DNA from: a virus
Taxonomy: Duplodnaviria; Caudoviricetes
DNA: 64,000 nt
Virus record (IMG/VR): IMGVR_UViG_3300031813_000669
Location: 9,058 to 73,057 of that record
Strand: one strand, 5' to 3'
Shown here: piece after piece, positions 8,976 through 18,409 of the stretch
Layout of the letters: the number at the start of each line of letters is the position of its first letter
How positions within the stretch are numbered: position 1 is the first letter of the stretch
The notes under the pieces: generated by a model
The model's input: the letters and a program-made list of their open reading frames with translations, nothing else
Told to the model about the DNA's origin: nothing
Database searches by the model: none
Program-made: the position numbers and the translations under genes

Positions 8976-10060
8976 ATGGGTATAGAAGTTCCCGATTACG
9001 TTATATTTCAAGGCCGGTGGTTTTGTGAAGATGAAGTCACCGCCAATTATGTTCGATGGTCTGAATGGAAAAACATACCAGAATGGGAATATATTGAAAT
9101 GCGGGAACATATCAAGAAAGGTGCCAAGTACCAAATCCGGATATTGAAGCAAATTCATATTGAAGGATTTGGTGCTGGTGATATAGAATCGAATCCAAAC
9201 GTCTGGGTCAATCCTGGACTCTGATTTTTCATGGGTGGGGCTTGCCTTCCTGGCCGGTTGTGTTAGGATGGTCCCACAAATTGATGAGGAGGTTGTTATG
9301 AAGATGTTCGCATTACAGAATCGGGATGCTACTGAATTTTATTGGTCTACTGAATATGGTTGGACCGATATTGACCATGCTGATTTCTTTTTTGGTAATG
9401 AGCTAGATGAAACCTATTGTTTAGAACTCTTAGACAAGACTAAGGGTAAATGGGTTATCAATGAAGTTAAGTTGGATATTGCAGTATGATTTATTTGTTA
9501 GAAACTACAAAATGGTCTGATGATACCCCAAACCATATCTACACTTTTACTGACAAGAAAACGTCAAAAGTGTCCGGATACATACCAGCTGGTGGAAAGG
9601 ATATTGTTATGTTCAAAAAGCCTATGCCTTTTGATAAACGCAAAAGGACTTTCAAAGAAATCAAACTGGAGTAATCTATGCTTCTACTTGTCAAATTAAT
9701 AATCTATCTTATTTCTGCACATATATTTTATAATGCAGGATTCACTTCAGAAGGAAAACTTTTAGAATTTATTACTTTGATGAGTTGTATTTTATTAATG
9801 GATATATGTTCTTACTTTACAGCAAGACATACTATTATTAAGGAACTCTTTGAACAAGAAGAAGAATGATTAGCCAATTTTATAATTCCCTTATTGATCT
9901 CCAAGAATGTATTGAAACCCTAAAACAATCTGAATCCCTGTCTGATCTTGATGTGTCTGAACCGGAATTGAAGGCCATGAAGTTCCTGTATCGTTCCTGT
10001 GGTGAATTCCGGGCCATCTATGAGAACCTAGAGGATGATGACGGCTACCGATCCCATTGA
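8976..10060 (+). CDS. Run of five small hypothetical proteins (8976..9224, about 9298..9489, 9486..9674, 9678..9869, 9866..10060)
   Basis: Tightly packed ORFs; promoter TTGCCT-16-TAGGAT at 9242-9269. Confidence 0.6.
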
Positions 10061-10110
10061 TCTCCGTCGATTGTTTCTTCCTAGTTAGCACTCTGTTTCC
10101 CGATCAGAGC

Positions 10111-10138
10111 TTGCGTTTCCCACCAGTTCATGTATAAT
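10111..10138 (+). promoter_or_regulatory. Early promoter
   Basis: TTGCGT-16 nt-TATAAT upstream of the ATPase gene. Confidence 0.55.
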
Positions 10139-10182
10139 GGACTCATAAATTCGTTGACACATTTCTTTTTTATTATTTTATT

Positions 10183-11007
10183 GTGAGGTATATTATGGCT
10201 CGTGGAGTTCCTAAGAATGGTTTTCGTATGACTGCAAAACGTAAGGCTGAAATGACTATCGAAGTCAAAGAGTCTAGGTTTACTATTAACCAGCGTTTTG
10301 ACTTTGTTTCTGATATGGTATCAATGCTCGGCAAGGGTGACCAGGCTTCGGTTGTTGTGACTGGTCCTGGTGGTCTTGGTAAGTCACACACTGTATACCA
10401 GACTCTTGTTAAGAATGGTTTCAAGGACGTTACCACTCTTGATGGTTTCAAACCTGGTGATGTTATCGGCAAGAAATACTTTGTTGTAGTCAAAGGTTAT
10501 TCGACCGCCAAGGGTTTGTATCGTACTCTGTATGAGAATCGTAACGGTGTTATTGTATTTGATGACTGTGACTCGGTACTCAAGGATCCTGTTTCTCTTA
10601 ACATTCTAAAAGGTGCGCTTGATTCTTATTCTAAGCGTATTATCTCTTACAAAGCAGATATTCGTGATGATGATCTGCCGAATGTATTTGAGTTCAAAGG
10701 TCGTGTTATCTTTATTTCTAATCTTTCTTCATCACAGCTCGACCAGGCCATTATCTCACGTTCAATGGCTGTCGATCTTTCGATGACTAATGAACAGAAA
10801 GTCGACCGTATGCGGTTCCTTATCAATCAGGATGATTTCATGCCTGAATATGATAAGTCACTCAAGACTGATGCAATCAATCTTATTGCTTCTCTTGTTG
10901 ATTCTGTTAAAGACTTGTCGCTTCGTACCCTTATCCAGGTTACCAAGATTCGCAAGTCTGCTGACAAGAACTGGCGTGATCTCGCTGAGTATGCAGTCTG
11001 TGGTTGA
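10183..11007 (+). CDS. P-loop NTPase (AAA-like)
   Basis: Walker A GPGGLGKS, Walker B VIVFDDCD; probable start at ATG 10195. Confidence 0.85.
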   Translation: MRYIMARGVPKNGFRMTAKRKAEMTIEVKESRFTINQRFDFVSDMVSMLGKGDQASVVVTGPGGLGKSHTVYQTLVKNGFKDVTTLDGFKPGDVIGKKYFVVVKGYSTAKGLYRTLYENRNGVIVFDDCDSVLKDPVSLNILKGALDSYSKRIISYKADIRDDDLPNVFEFKGRVIFISNLSSSQLDQAIISRSMAVDLSMTNEQKVDRMRFLINQDDFMPEYDKSLKTDAINLIASLVDSVKDLSLRTLIQVTKIRKSADKNWRDLAEYAVCG

Positions 11008-11047
11008 CATTGACACAAGGATGTGTTACCATTTTCATGTAAATTAA

Positions 11048-12202
11048 TTGAGGTTTTATATTATGAAGTTAAATCAAAATCAAAAGGACTTTCTACAAGC
11101 TGTTAAAGAGGTGCTTGGTGATAAGGTTATTGTCAACCGAGCAGAAATCGACCAAGTGGTTTCGGAGAAAGGTGTTAAGTTTCCATTCTGGTTGACTGCC
11201 AAATCAACTTATCGGGTAGGTCGTGGAGAGTATTCACTACCAGGTACCAATCAGGTAGCTCCCCAGGTAACTATTCCGGAAACAGTTGAAGCAATGGCTC
11301 AGGTAGTTCATCTTCGACAACCTAAACTGATTGATGAATCTGATTCATCTGTTCCTGAAGTATGGCCTGATTATGTACCTTTTGGTTTTTATAAAGACCT
11401 GTTGAATATCGTCAAGTCTAGTATGTTTTATCCTATCTTTATTACTGGTCTTTCTGGTAACGGTAAAACTTTGATGGTTGAACAGGTATGTGCAAAACTG
11501 AATAGGGAGTGTATCCGTGTTAATATCTCTATCGAAACTGATGAATCTGATCTATTGGGTGGTCCTACTCTGGTTAACGGTAATGTTGTTAATAGAGATG
11601 GCCCGGTTCTGGTAGCAATGAAACGTGGTGCTGTTCTTTTGATTGATGAGGTGGATCGTGGCTCAAACAAGCTTATGTGCCTGCAAGGTATTCTTGAAGG
11701 AAAACCATACTTCAACAAGAAATCAGGCGAAATGGTCCACCCAGCACCAGGTTTCAACGTCATTGCAACCGCAAATACCAAAGGTCGTGGATCAGAAGAA
11801 GGTCGGTATCTTTCGCAGATTCTTGACGATGCCTTCCTTGAAAGGTTCCCGATTACTGTTGAACAAGAATATCCAGATGTAAAGACTGAAAAGAAGATTC
11901 TATCTCCTTTGATTGATGATCCGGAATTTGTTGATAATCTTGTTAAGTGGGCTGATGTGGTTCGTATCTCTTTTGAACAAGGTGCTATTGATGAACTTAT
12001 TTCAACCCGTCGATTGGTTCATATTGCGAAAGCTTATTCTATCTTTAAGAATAAGATGAAGGCGATTGAACTTTGTGTAAATCGGTTTGATGTAGATACT
12101 AAAACTGCATTCTTGGATTTGTATACAAAAGTTGATGAAAAAGTGGAAGATCAAACTCCACTTGAACAAGCTGAAAATAAAATGAAGGAAATTCCATGGT
12201 GA
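11048..12202 (+). CDS. MoxR/CobS-like AAA+ ATPase
   Basis: GLSGNGKT, TDESDLLGG, LLIDEVDRG, TANTKG, AFLERF. Own promoter TTGACA-17-TACCAT at 11004-11032. Confidence 0.9.
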   Translation: MRFYIMKLNQNQKDFLQAVKEVLGDKVIVNRAEIDQVVSEKGVKFPFWLTAKSTYRVGRGEYSLPGTNQVAPQVTIPETVEAMAQVVHLRQPKLIDESDSSVPEVWPDYVPFGFYKDLLNIVKSSMFYPIFITGLSGNGKTLMVEQVCAKLNRECIRVNISIETDESDLLGGPTLVNGNVVNRDGPVLVAMKRGAVLLIDEVDRGSNKLMCLQGILEGKPYFNKKSGEMVHPAPGFNVIATANTKGRGSEEGRYLSQILDDAFLERFPITVEQEYPDVKTEKKILSPLIDDPEFVDNLVKWADVVRISFEQGAIDELISTRRLVHIAKAYSIFKNKMKAIELCVNRFDVDTKTAFLDLYTKVDEKVEDQTPLEQAENKMKEIPW

Positions 12203-12807
12203 TTGATATTATGTCTAATGTGATTTTTCATCCTATGAAAGATTCTAGCAGATTGGATCTTGGTGTCCGACCCAAGTGTTCGATTGATGGTTGTGATAAT
12301 GACTGTCAATTTATGGGTTCTTATAAGAAAAACGGAGAACCACAATTCAGAAAGATTTGTTCATCCTGTCATTCCAAAATTACAGCTGAAAAAAGAGGAT
12401 TGAAAAACATGGGACAGGTCATTGCTGTTAATGCTGGTTTTTCTTCGATTTCGGAATATCAAAATGCTTTGGCTGTAGAAAAGGGATTTACTGATTATTA
12501 TGATTATCAGAATGCTTTAGCTATCGAAAAGGGTTTTAAGAGTTATTCTGATTACCAGAATTCAAAACATCCTTATCGTAAATACAGAAAAGATTATTGT
12601 GAGAACATTGATGGTAGACTAGGTTACGTTTGTACCACAACCATTCATTGGGATGGTATGTTAGATGTGGATCATATTGATGGAAATCCGTCAAATAATA
12701 ATCCATTGAATTTGCAAACATTATGTAAGTGTTGTCATGCTCTCAAGTCTAACATGAGTGAAGATTATAAAACAGAAGGGAGAAAAGCCCTTGGAATCAA
12801 ATATTGA
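12196..12807 (+). CDS. HNH endonuclease with Cys-rich N-terminus and internal repeats
   Basis: DVDHIDGNPSNNNPLNLQTLCKCCH; CSIDGC and CSSCH motifs. Confidence 0.85.
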   Translation: MVIDIMSNVIFHPMKDSSRLDLGVRPKCSIDGCDNDCQFMGSYKKNGEPQFRKICSSCHSKITAEKRGLKNMGQVIAVNAGFSSISEYQNALAVEKGFTDYYDYQNALAIEKGFKSYSDYQNSKHPYRKYRKDYCENIDGRLGYVCTTTIHWDGMLDVDHIDGNPSNNNPLNLQTLCKCCHALKSNMSEDYKTEGRKALGIKY

Positions 12808-12814
12808 GGATATA

Positions 12815-13078
12815 ATGGTGATAGATATGAATGATGATGAGAAGCTGAATCTAAAGGAACTGTTAAAGACTAATGTGGTTGAGGTTAAGTTTAAGAAAGT
12901 CAACGGTGATGAGAGGTTGCTACAATGCACTCTCCAGCCTTCACTTCTCCCAGAGTCGGTGGTGAAGGAGGAGACACGGAAGCAGAGCGACACTTCTCTT
13001 GCTGTCTGGTCGATTGAAGATGATGGTTGGCGATCCTTCCGTTGGGAGTCTATTATTTCGTTTGGTATTAAGGAGTAA
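12815..13078 (+). CDS. WYL_2/SH3-like small protein (T4 a-gt.4-like)
   Basis: VEVKFKKVNGDERLLQCTL...AVWSIEDDGWRSFRWESI; ATG at 12815 with GAGG SD. Confidence 0.75.
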   Translation: MVIDMNDDEKLNLKELLKTNVVEVKFKKVNGDERLLQCTLQPSLLPESVVKEETRKQSDTSLAVWSIEDDGWRSFRWESIISFGIKE

Positions 13079-13080
13079 AT

Positions 13081-13323
13081 ATGAAGTTTGTTAGTATGTT
13101 GTTTGCATTGGTATTGGTCGGTTGTTCTGATGCGGAATTAGGTAAGATTGAAGCAATTGGACAAGGTGGACATATTGAATGCTGGTCTGGAAATCATAAG
13201 TATTATGAAGGTGAGTCAACAGGTAAGATCATGACTGAACATGAAACTGATGGTTGGTTTTTTATGGAAAAAGGTACTAATGATTTGATCCGTGTTTCTG
13301 GTCCCTGTGTGATTCGTAACTAA
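13081..13323 (+). CDS. Putative lipoprotein
   Basis: Hydrophobic leader with LVGC lipobox. Confidence 0.7.
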   Translation: MKFVSMLFALVLVGCSDAELGKIEAIGQGGHIECWSGNHKYYEGESTGKIMTEHETDGWFFMEKGTNDLIRVSGPCVIRN

Positions 13324-13377
13324 ATAACAAAGAAGGAACGATTTAAACAAGGACGTTTCTTTTTTATTTGGTGAATT

Positions 13378-13897
13378 ATGAATGAGAATAAGTTTATTGT
13401 AATTAAAGGTAGAAATACAGTTGTTGGTAAATATGGTTTGCATTATGAAATTTATGATACTGTGAATTTCATTTGTTCTGAAAAAGAACTTCAAAAATAT
13501 CAAAGGCGATATGTTTATTATAATCTATATCATGTCGACCACAAAATGAAACCCATTCGTTTTAGACGGGATGTTAATTGCCGTAGACGCCACCTATTAA
13601 AGTGTGATGGCACTATTTTTGCTGAAAAAGTAAAGATTTTTGACTATCAAGATGGTACCTATTATGGTTTTATTCCTGTAGAGGCATTCAATTACTAATA
13701 TGACAAAATTCCAATTAAATAAAAAGGATGTAGAGAAGATTCTCGAAATTATGAATAAGTTTCCTCAAGACAGAAATTATGAACTTGAGTATCATCCTGG
13801 TGCTATTGGGTATAGTATTGAAATGACTGTTCCAGTTTCACTAAAAGGTCAAATGGGAACATTTAAAATTGATATTACTGATCCGGGAGAGTGGTAA
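13378..13897 (+). CDS. Two hypothetical proteins (13378..13698, 13700..13897)
   Basis: ORF track and gene packing. Confidence 0.6.
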
Positions 13898-13903
13898 AAT
13901 TTC

Positions 13904-13945
13904 TTGACAAAAATGGTCAGAAATTGATATAATCCAGTATAAATA
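13904..13945 (+). promoter_or_regulatory. Tandem early (sigma70) and late promoters for pmoC
   Basis: TTGACA-18-TATAAT (13904-13933), then TATAAATA (13938-13945). Confidence 0.7.
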
Positions 13946-14030
13946 AAATTGATGATTTGGGGTGTGACAGGATGACGCACCAACCCGACAAGGATGTTTA
14001 AGTGTAACTTTAAGATGTTAAGAGGTAATT

Positions 14031-14807
14031 ATGGCTACTATTGCTAAAGATGTTGTAACGTCAGAGGCACCACTACTCAATAAGGCGTGGTTGACCGCTG
14101 CATTTGGTATCTATGCTGTGTTCTATTTCTGGGTACGTTGGTATGAAGGCGTATACGGATGGGCTGCAGGACTAGATTCATTCGCACCAGAGTTTGAAAC
14201 TTATTGGATGAATTTCTTGTATACAGAAATTGTCCTAGAAGTGACAACTGCAAGTATTCTATGGGGTTATATTTGGAAGTCAAGGGATCGTAACCTTGCC
14301 GCTATTACTCCAAGGGAAGAACTCCGCCGTAATATGACACACCTTGTATGGTTGTTTGCATACGCAAATGCAATCTACTGGGGTGCATCATACTTTACTG
14401 AACAGGATGGTACTTGGCATCAGACTATCGTAAGAGATACTGATTTTACTCCAAGTCATATCATTGAGTTCTACCTGTCATACCCAATCTACATTATCAC
14501 TGGATTTGCGGCATTCTTGTATGCCAAGACCCGTCTGCCATTCTTTGCAGAAGGTCTATCCCTGCCTTACCTGGTGACTGTGGTTGGTCCTTTCATGATT
14601 CTACCTAATGTTGGCCTCAACGAATGGGGACACACCTTCTGGTTCATGGAGGAACTCTTTGTGGCTCCCCTCCATTACGGATTTGTGTTCTTCGGATGGT
14701 TGGCACTAGCAATTGCAGGAGTTCTTCTCCAAGTGTTTGCCTCATTTGGCAACCTTATTGGCAAAGAAGTAACTGAAGCAGTAGACAGTGGTCTTATTGC
14801 TAAGTAA
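14031..14807 (+). CDS. pmoC: Particulate methane monooxygenase subunit C (auxiliary metabolic gene)
   Basis: WVRWYEGVYGW.AGLDSFAPEFETYW; EQDGTWHQTIVRDTDFTPSHIIEFY (D126/H130/H143); NVGLNEWGHTFWFMEELFVAPLH (N197/H201/H215); Methylococcus-like C-terminus AVDSGLIAK. Confidence 0.98.
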   Translation: MATIAKDVVTSEAPLLNKAWLTAAFGIYAVFYFWVRWYEGVYGWAAGLDSFAPEFETYWMNFLYTEIVLEVTTASILWGYIWKSRDRNLAAITPREELRRNMTHLVWLFAYANAIYWGASYFTEQDGTWHQTIVRDTDFTPSHIIEFYLSYPIYIITGFAAFLYAKTRLPFFAEGLSLPYLVTVVGPFMILPNVGLNEWGHTFWFMEELFVAPLHYGFVFFGWLALAIAGVLLQVFASFGNLIGKEVTEAVDSGLIAK

Positions 14808-14837
14808 ATTTAAGATTAACTTACGTCTAATCTTATG

Positions 14838-14863
14838 AAGGGGAACTTCGGTTCCCCTTTTTT
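14838..14863 (+). terminator. Intrinsic terminator with UUCG loop
   Basis: AAGGGGAAC-TTCG-GTTCCCCTT followed by a T run. Confidence 0.9.
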
Positions 14864-14878
14864 ATTTCGGAGAAAAAT

Positions 14879-15364
14879 ATGATTAAACTATTTTTATTAC
14901 TTTTATGTTTTAGTACTGCAAACGCAGAAACACTTCCTAATCCAAACATTCCACCAGTTTCGGATTTGATTAACGGAGAAATTCTTCCAATGCAACCTTC
15001 ATTGGCAAAAGAACAGTCGATGGAAATGAATCAAACGATTGGAAAGATGACACTCTTTACTCATAAGACACTTAGAGAAAAGGGTACCAGGGCACCTATT
15101 CATGTTCATCCTTTTGGTGGACAAACTTGTGTTGTCTCTGGTGAAATGACACTATACATGGACGGTGCAAAACCTGCAAGAAAAGTCGCGGGAGAATGTT
15201 ATTGGATGCCACCTAAGATTCGTATGAGTGGTGTTAATACTGGTGATACTGATGCCCTAATGTTCGATACTTTCCTTGTGGACACTGAAGAAGATATATG
15301 GATTATTGTGGAACCAAATCTTCCATTCAATCAAAAGCAATATAATACATTTAAACATCACTAA
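14879..15364 (+). CDS. Exported cupin-domain protein
   Basis: Signal peptide ending TANA; cupin motif PIHVHPFGGQTCVVSGEMTLY and AGECYWMP. Confidence 0.8.
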   Translation: MIKLFLLLLCFSTANAETLPNPNIPPVSDLINGEILPMQPSLAKEQSMEMNQTIGKMTLFTHKTLREKGTRAPIHVHPFGGQTCVVSGEMTLYMDGAKPARKVAGECYWMPPKIRMSGVNTGDTDALMFDTFLVDTEEDIWIIVEPNLPFNQKQYNTFKHH

Positions 15365-15368
15365 AAAT

Positions 15369-15393
15369 AAAGGGGAACTAAGTTCCCCTTTTT
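15369..15393. terminator. Bidirectional intrinsic terminator
   Basis: AAAGGGGAAC-TAA-GTTCCCCTTT between convergent genes. Confidence 0.85.
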
Positions 15394-15394
15394 A

Positions 15395-15751
15395 TTATGC
15401 TCTTGATGGATATAAACCATTTATACAAATAATATAAATTGGTTCTTCAGAATAATTCTTCTGAATTTCCCTAGATTCTACGACCGGATCACACAAATAT
15501 CCAAAATTACCAGGATCACCAGTTTCGTGGGATCTTTTAACTTCAGTATTTCTAACAAAGTATTCTCTTTCTTTGAAACTCAAATTAGGTAATGCAAAAT
15601 CATTAATGCCGTCTCCACCATAAGTTGTGCCTAAGATAGAATACAAAGCTTCAAAATGTTTAATTGGTAATTTTTGACCATTACATAATGCAAATCCTTC
15701 TGGCGCATAATTACCAGCAAACAATTTAATTACTCCCAAATACTCTTCCAT
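15395..15751 (-). CDS. Phage tail-collar domain protein
   Basis: YLGVIKLFAGNYAPEGFALCNGQ.L.I....ALYSILGTTYGGDG...FALPNL; late promoter TATAAATA at 15787-15780. Confidence 0.9.
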   Translation of the reverse strand: MEEYLGVIKLFAGNYAPEGFALCNGQKLPIKHFEALYSILGTTYGGDGINDFALPNLSFKEREYFVRNTEVKRSHETGDPGNFGYLCDPVVESREIQKNYSEEPIYIICINGLYPSRA

Positions 15752-15791
15752 ATTATTCTCCTAATTTAAAAATACGAATTATTTATAGGGC

Positions 15792-15820
15792 TTGACAACC
15801 CTGTGTGGTTGTGTTACAAT
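15792..15820 (+). promoter_or_regulatory. Early promoter with extended -10
   Basis: TTGACA-17-TACAAT with GGTTGTGT. Confidence 0.75.
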
Positions 15821-15849
15821 GGTCCCCTAAATTATGTTATGGTGATCTT

Positions 15850-16230
15850 ATGTCAAATCTTGATGCGTTCTTTGAACCCGCCACTCTCCATGATCTTGGT
15901 AAATTTCTGACCGATGACGAACAGAAATCATTGACCAAGGCAGAAGTCCAATCCAAAATTCGTCAGCGTCGATCTCAGATGCTGGTGCATTCCCGTATCT
16001 ATTATGTCCTTGATGAAAATATCGTTTCTGACGATAAATGGCAACAATGGGCAAACGAATTGCGTGATCTACAAGAACAATATCCTAAGTATTGTAAAAT
16101 AGATTTTTATGATCGTGAGTTTGCAACGTGGAATGGTGATTCCGGTGCATTCCTTCCGTTGAATGATCCTTATGTAGTGGGTAAGACTCAACAAGTTATT
16201 AACCAATGGTATAAAGAAAATGAAAAGTAA
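15850..16230 (+). CDS. Stand-alone NAD-dependent DNA ligase N-terminal (domain Ia-like) protein
   Basis: LVHSRIYYVLDENIVSDDKWQQWANELRDLQEQYP resembles LigA domain Ia; no adenylation domain. Confidence 0.7.
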   Translation: MSNLDAFFEPATLHDLGKFLTDDEQKSLTKAEVQSKIRQRRSQMLVHSRIYYVLDENIVSDDKWQQWANELRDLQEQYPKYCKIDFYDREFATWNGDSGAFLPLNDPYVVGKTQQVINQWYKENEK

Positions 16231-16607
16231 TACACCGAAAACCACCTATGATTCTGATGATTTGGGTATTATTTTATCTGGTCAAAAAGAAAGTAAACCA
16301 GTATACATGAAGTGTGCTTATAATTATTATAAGATTAAACGTGTGGTTGACATGGGTGATTTCTATATGTTAGAATCCCCCGAAGAAGATGGTGTTATAG
16401 GATTAGACGATGAGTAATATCTATCAACCTTTAGTATATACCAGTTTCAAAGGTAAATGTTATGAGTTTCCTGAAGAATTATCTGAAAGGTGGGATTTCC
16501 TAACTACTAAATTGGTATATGCAGAACAAGAGAATTTCGAAGAACTATTGCGTGGATATTCAATAGTATTTAAATATGAGTTCGGTCAATATGAGATAAA
16601 ATCTTGA
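16220..16607 (+). CDS. Two small hypothetical proteins (16220..16417, 16410..16607)
   Basis: Overlapping starts and stops. Confidence 0.6.
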
Positions 16608-16756
16608 GGTAATATTATGAATGATGAAGTAAAACAACTACTTCTTGATTGTCAGGTATTGTTTGAAATGGAATATGGTGATAAGTGGAAAATTCTAAGT
16701 AATGATTCTAAACTTAAACAAACCATGTTGAAATTGAAAGAAGTATTGGGTGAAGA

Positions 16757-17380
16757 ATGAAAGTATACATTGGACCATATACACATTGGATCGGACCATA
16801 TCAGATTGCTGATTGGTTAGAGCATTTTTGTGTTCTTGAAAGGGACCGTGATCGTATTGGTGAATGGTTAGCCAATACTTGGGTCAAAGATTTCTGTCAA
16901 TGGATTGAAGATAAAAAAAGCCGTAATATGTTTATTCATATTGACGGTTATGACGCATGGAATGCCGATGATACCATGGCAAGAATCATTCTACCTGTTA
17001 TGAGAAAGGTCAAGGAAAATAAACAGGGATATGGTTTTATTGATGATGAAGATGTTCCAGAAGAAATTCGTTCTACTAATGCTGGTCCTAAAGAAAATGA
17101 ATGGGATTGGGATGATAATGCAGAAAAGCGTTATGAATGGGTATTAGATGAAATCATCTGGGCATTTGAACAGATTCTAGCTCCTAATGCAGAAGACCAA
17201 TTCCATACTGGTGTTATTGACCATATATGGGAACCATGTGAAAACTCAAACCTGAGTAAATTAGGTCATGGACCAAAACATACCCATGAGTTTGATATAG
17301 ATGGATATAAGGTCTGGTCTAAGAGAATTGATAACGGAACAACCTTATTTGGTAAGTATTTCAGAACATTTTGGACTTAA
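16757..17380 (+). CDS. Conserved T4-like-phage hypothetical protein
   Basis: YIGPY..WIGPYQIADW; IHIDGYDAWNAD.TMARIILP; W..VLDEIIWAFEQ; GTTLFGKYF. Confidence 0.8.
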   Translation: MKVYIGPYTHWIGPYQIADWLEHFCVLERDRDRIGEWLANTWVKDFCQWIEDKKSRNMFIHIDGYDAWNADDTMARIILPVMRKVKENKQGYGFIDDEDVPEEIRSTNAGPKENEWDWDDNAEKRYEWVLDEIIWAFEQILAPNAEDQFHTGVIDHIWEPCENSNLSKLGHGPKHTHEFDIDGYKVWSKRIDNGTTLFGKYFRTFWT

Positions 17381-17391
17381 TGGTATAGTAT

Positions 17392-18409
17392 ATGTCGGAC
17401 GAAAATACAAAAGTAAAACATTCTAAACGTATATTTCATACTGAAACAGTTATTGCTAAGAGAAGAAAACTTCTTAAACAGTATAATATGGATTGGGATA
17501 ACAACAGAATGATTAAACAGAAACACCGTCTATCTAAGATGAATGGTATCAACTGTGGTAATCCGGGTTGTATGTTGTGCATTAACCCCAGAAAGTATGG
17601 TGAAAAGACCATTCAAGAATTAAGTTTTGAACAAACAGAAAAGTGGAGTGAAGAATGATTGAATTTGAGAAAGATACTTGGGAAGAGTTTGTATGCAATT
17701 TTGCTGGCAAATTAAGTGTTGGGTATACCATCGAAGATGCTTTGAAAAATTTTCTGAAAGAATATTGGACAGTTCTCAATGTTCTGGAAAGTAAAGCAAT
17801 GGAAGAAGAGAAAGAAGAATCTCTTGATGCTTACTTTGAACGCAGAATGAAACCTGTGTGGAATTATGTGTATAATCTGAATAGAGAAATTGGTAAGTTA
17901 AAGGCTGATGTTGCTCTATTGAAGGAAGCTGATGCTGCCAGAACAATGACTTATGGTCCTATAAAGTATCCAAATAATATTCCACCGACTCATGAATATC
18001 CACTGGATTGGTATAAAGTTACCGCACATTCAAATGCACAAGATAATCAACGTATTCCTGGTTTGATGCCAGAAGGATTTGCAACTACTGGTTATATGCA
18101 AGTAGTAGATCCAAAGTATACAGCTGCACAGATGAAAGATTGGTCTGGACTGAGGTTCGATGATCCGGCAGAGAGAAGGTAATGAATTTACTTAATTATT
18201 TTGGTGCTAGAAGGAGGTTAGTTGAGGTAAACAAAACCATTATGGCTATGGGTGGTGAAGAGGAAGCACCCCCATTACTTTTAGCTCAAAGTGATATGAC
18301 AGCTGATGAGGTAACATATTTCTACTATGAATCAATTTCTGATGTGATATATACTTTTATATTCTTATTGATTTTAATTGTTGGATATGGAGCAGCTGAT
18401 GCCCTGTAA
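17392..18409 (+). CDS. Three hypothetical proteins (17392..17658 with CGNPGC.LC; 17655..18182; 18182..18409)
   Basis: Coupled ORFs. Confidence 0.65.

Noticed and set aside
11048-12202. cobS as a cobalamin biosynthesis AMG
   Set aside because: It is a generic MoxR-type AAA+ common in T4-like phages, with no cobN/cobT context.
13900-15400. Complete pmoCAB operon or host contamination
   Set aside because: No pmoA or pmoB is present. The flanks, promoters and terminators are phage-type.
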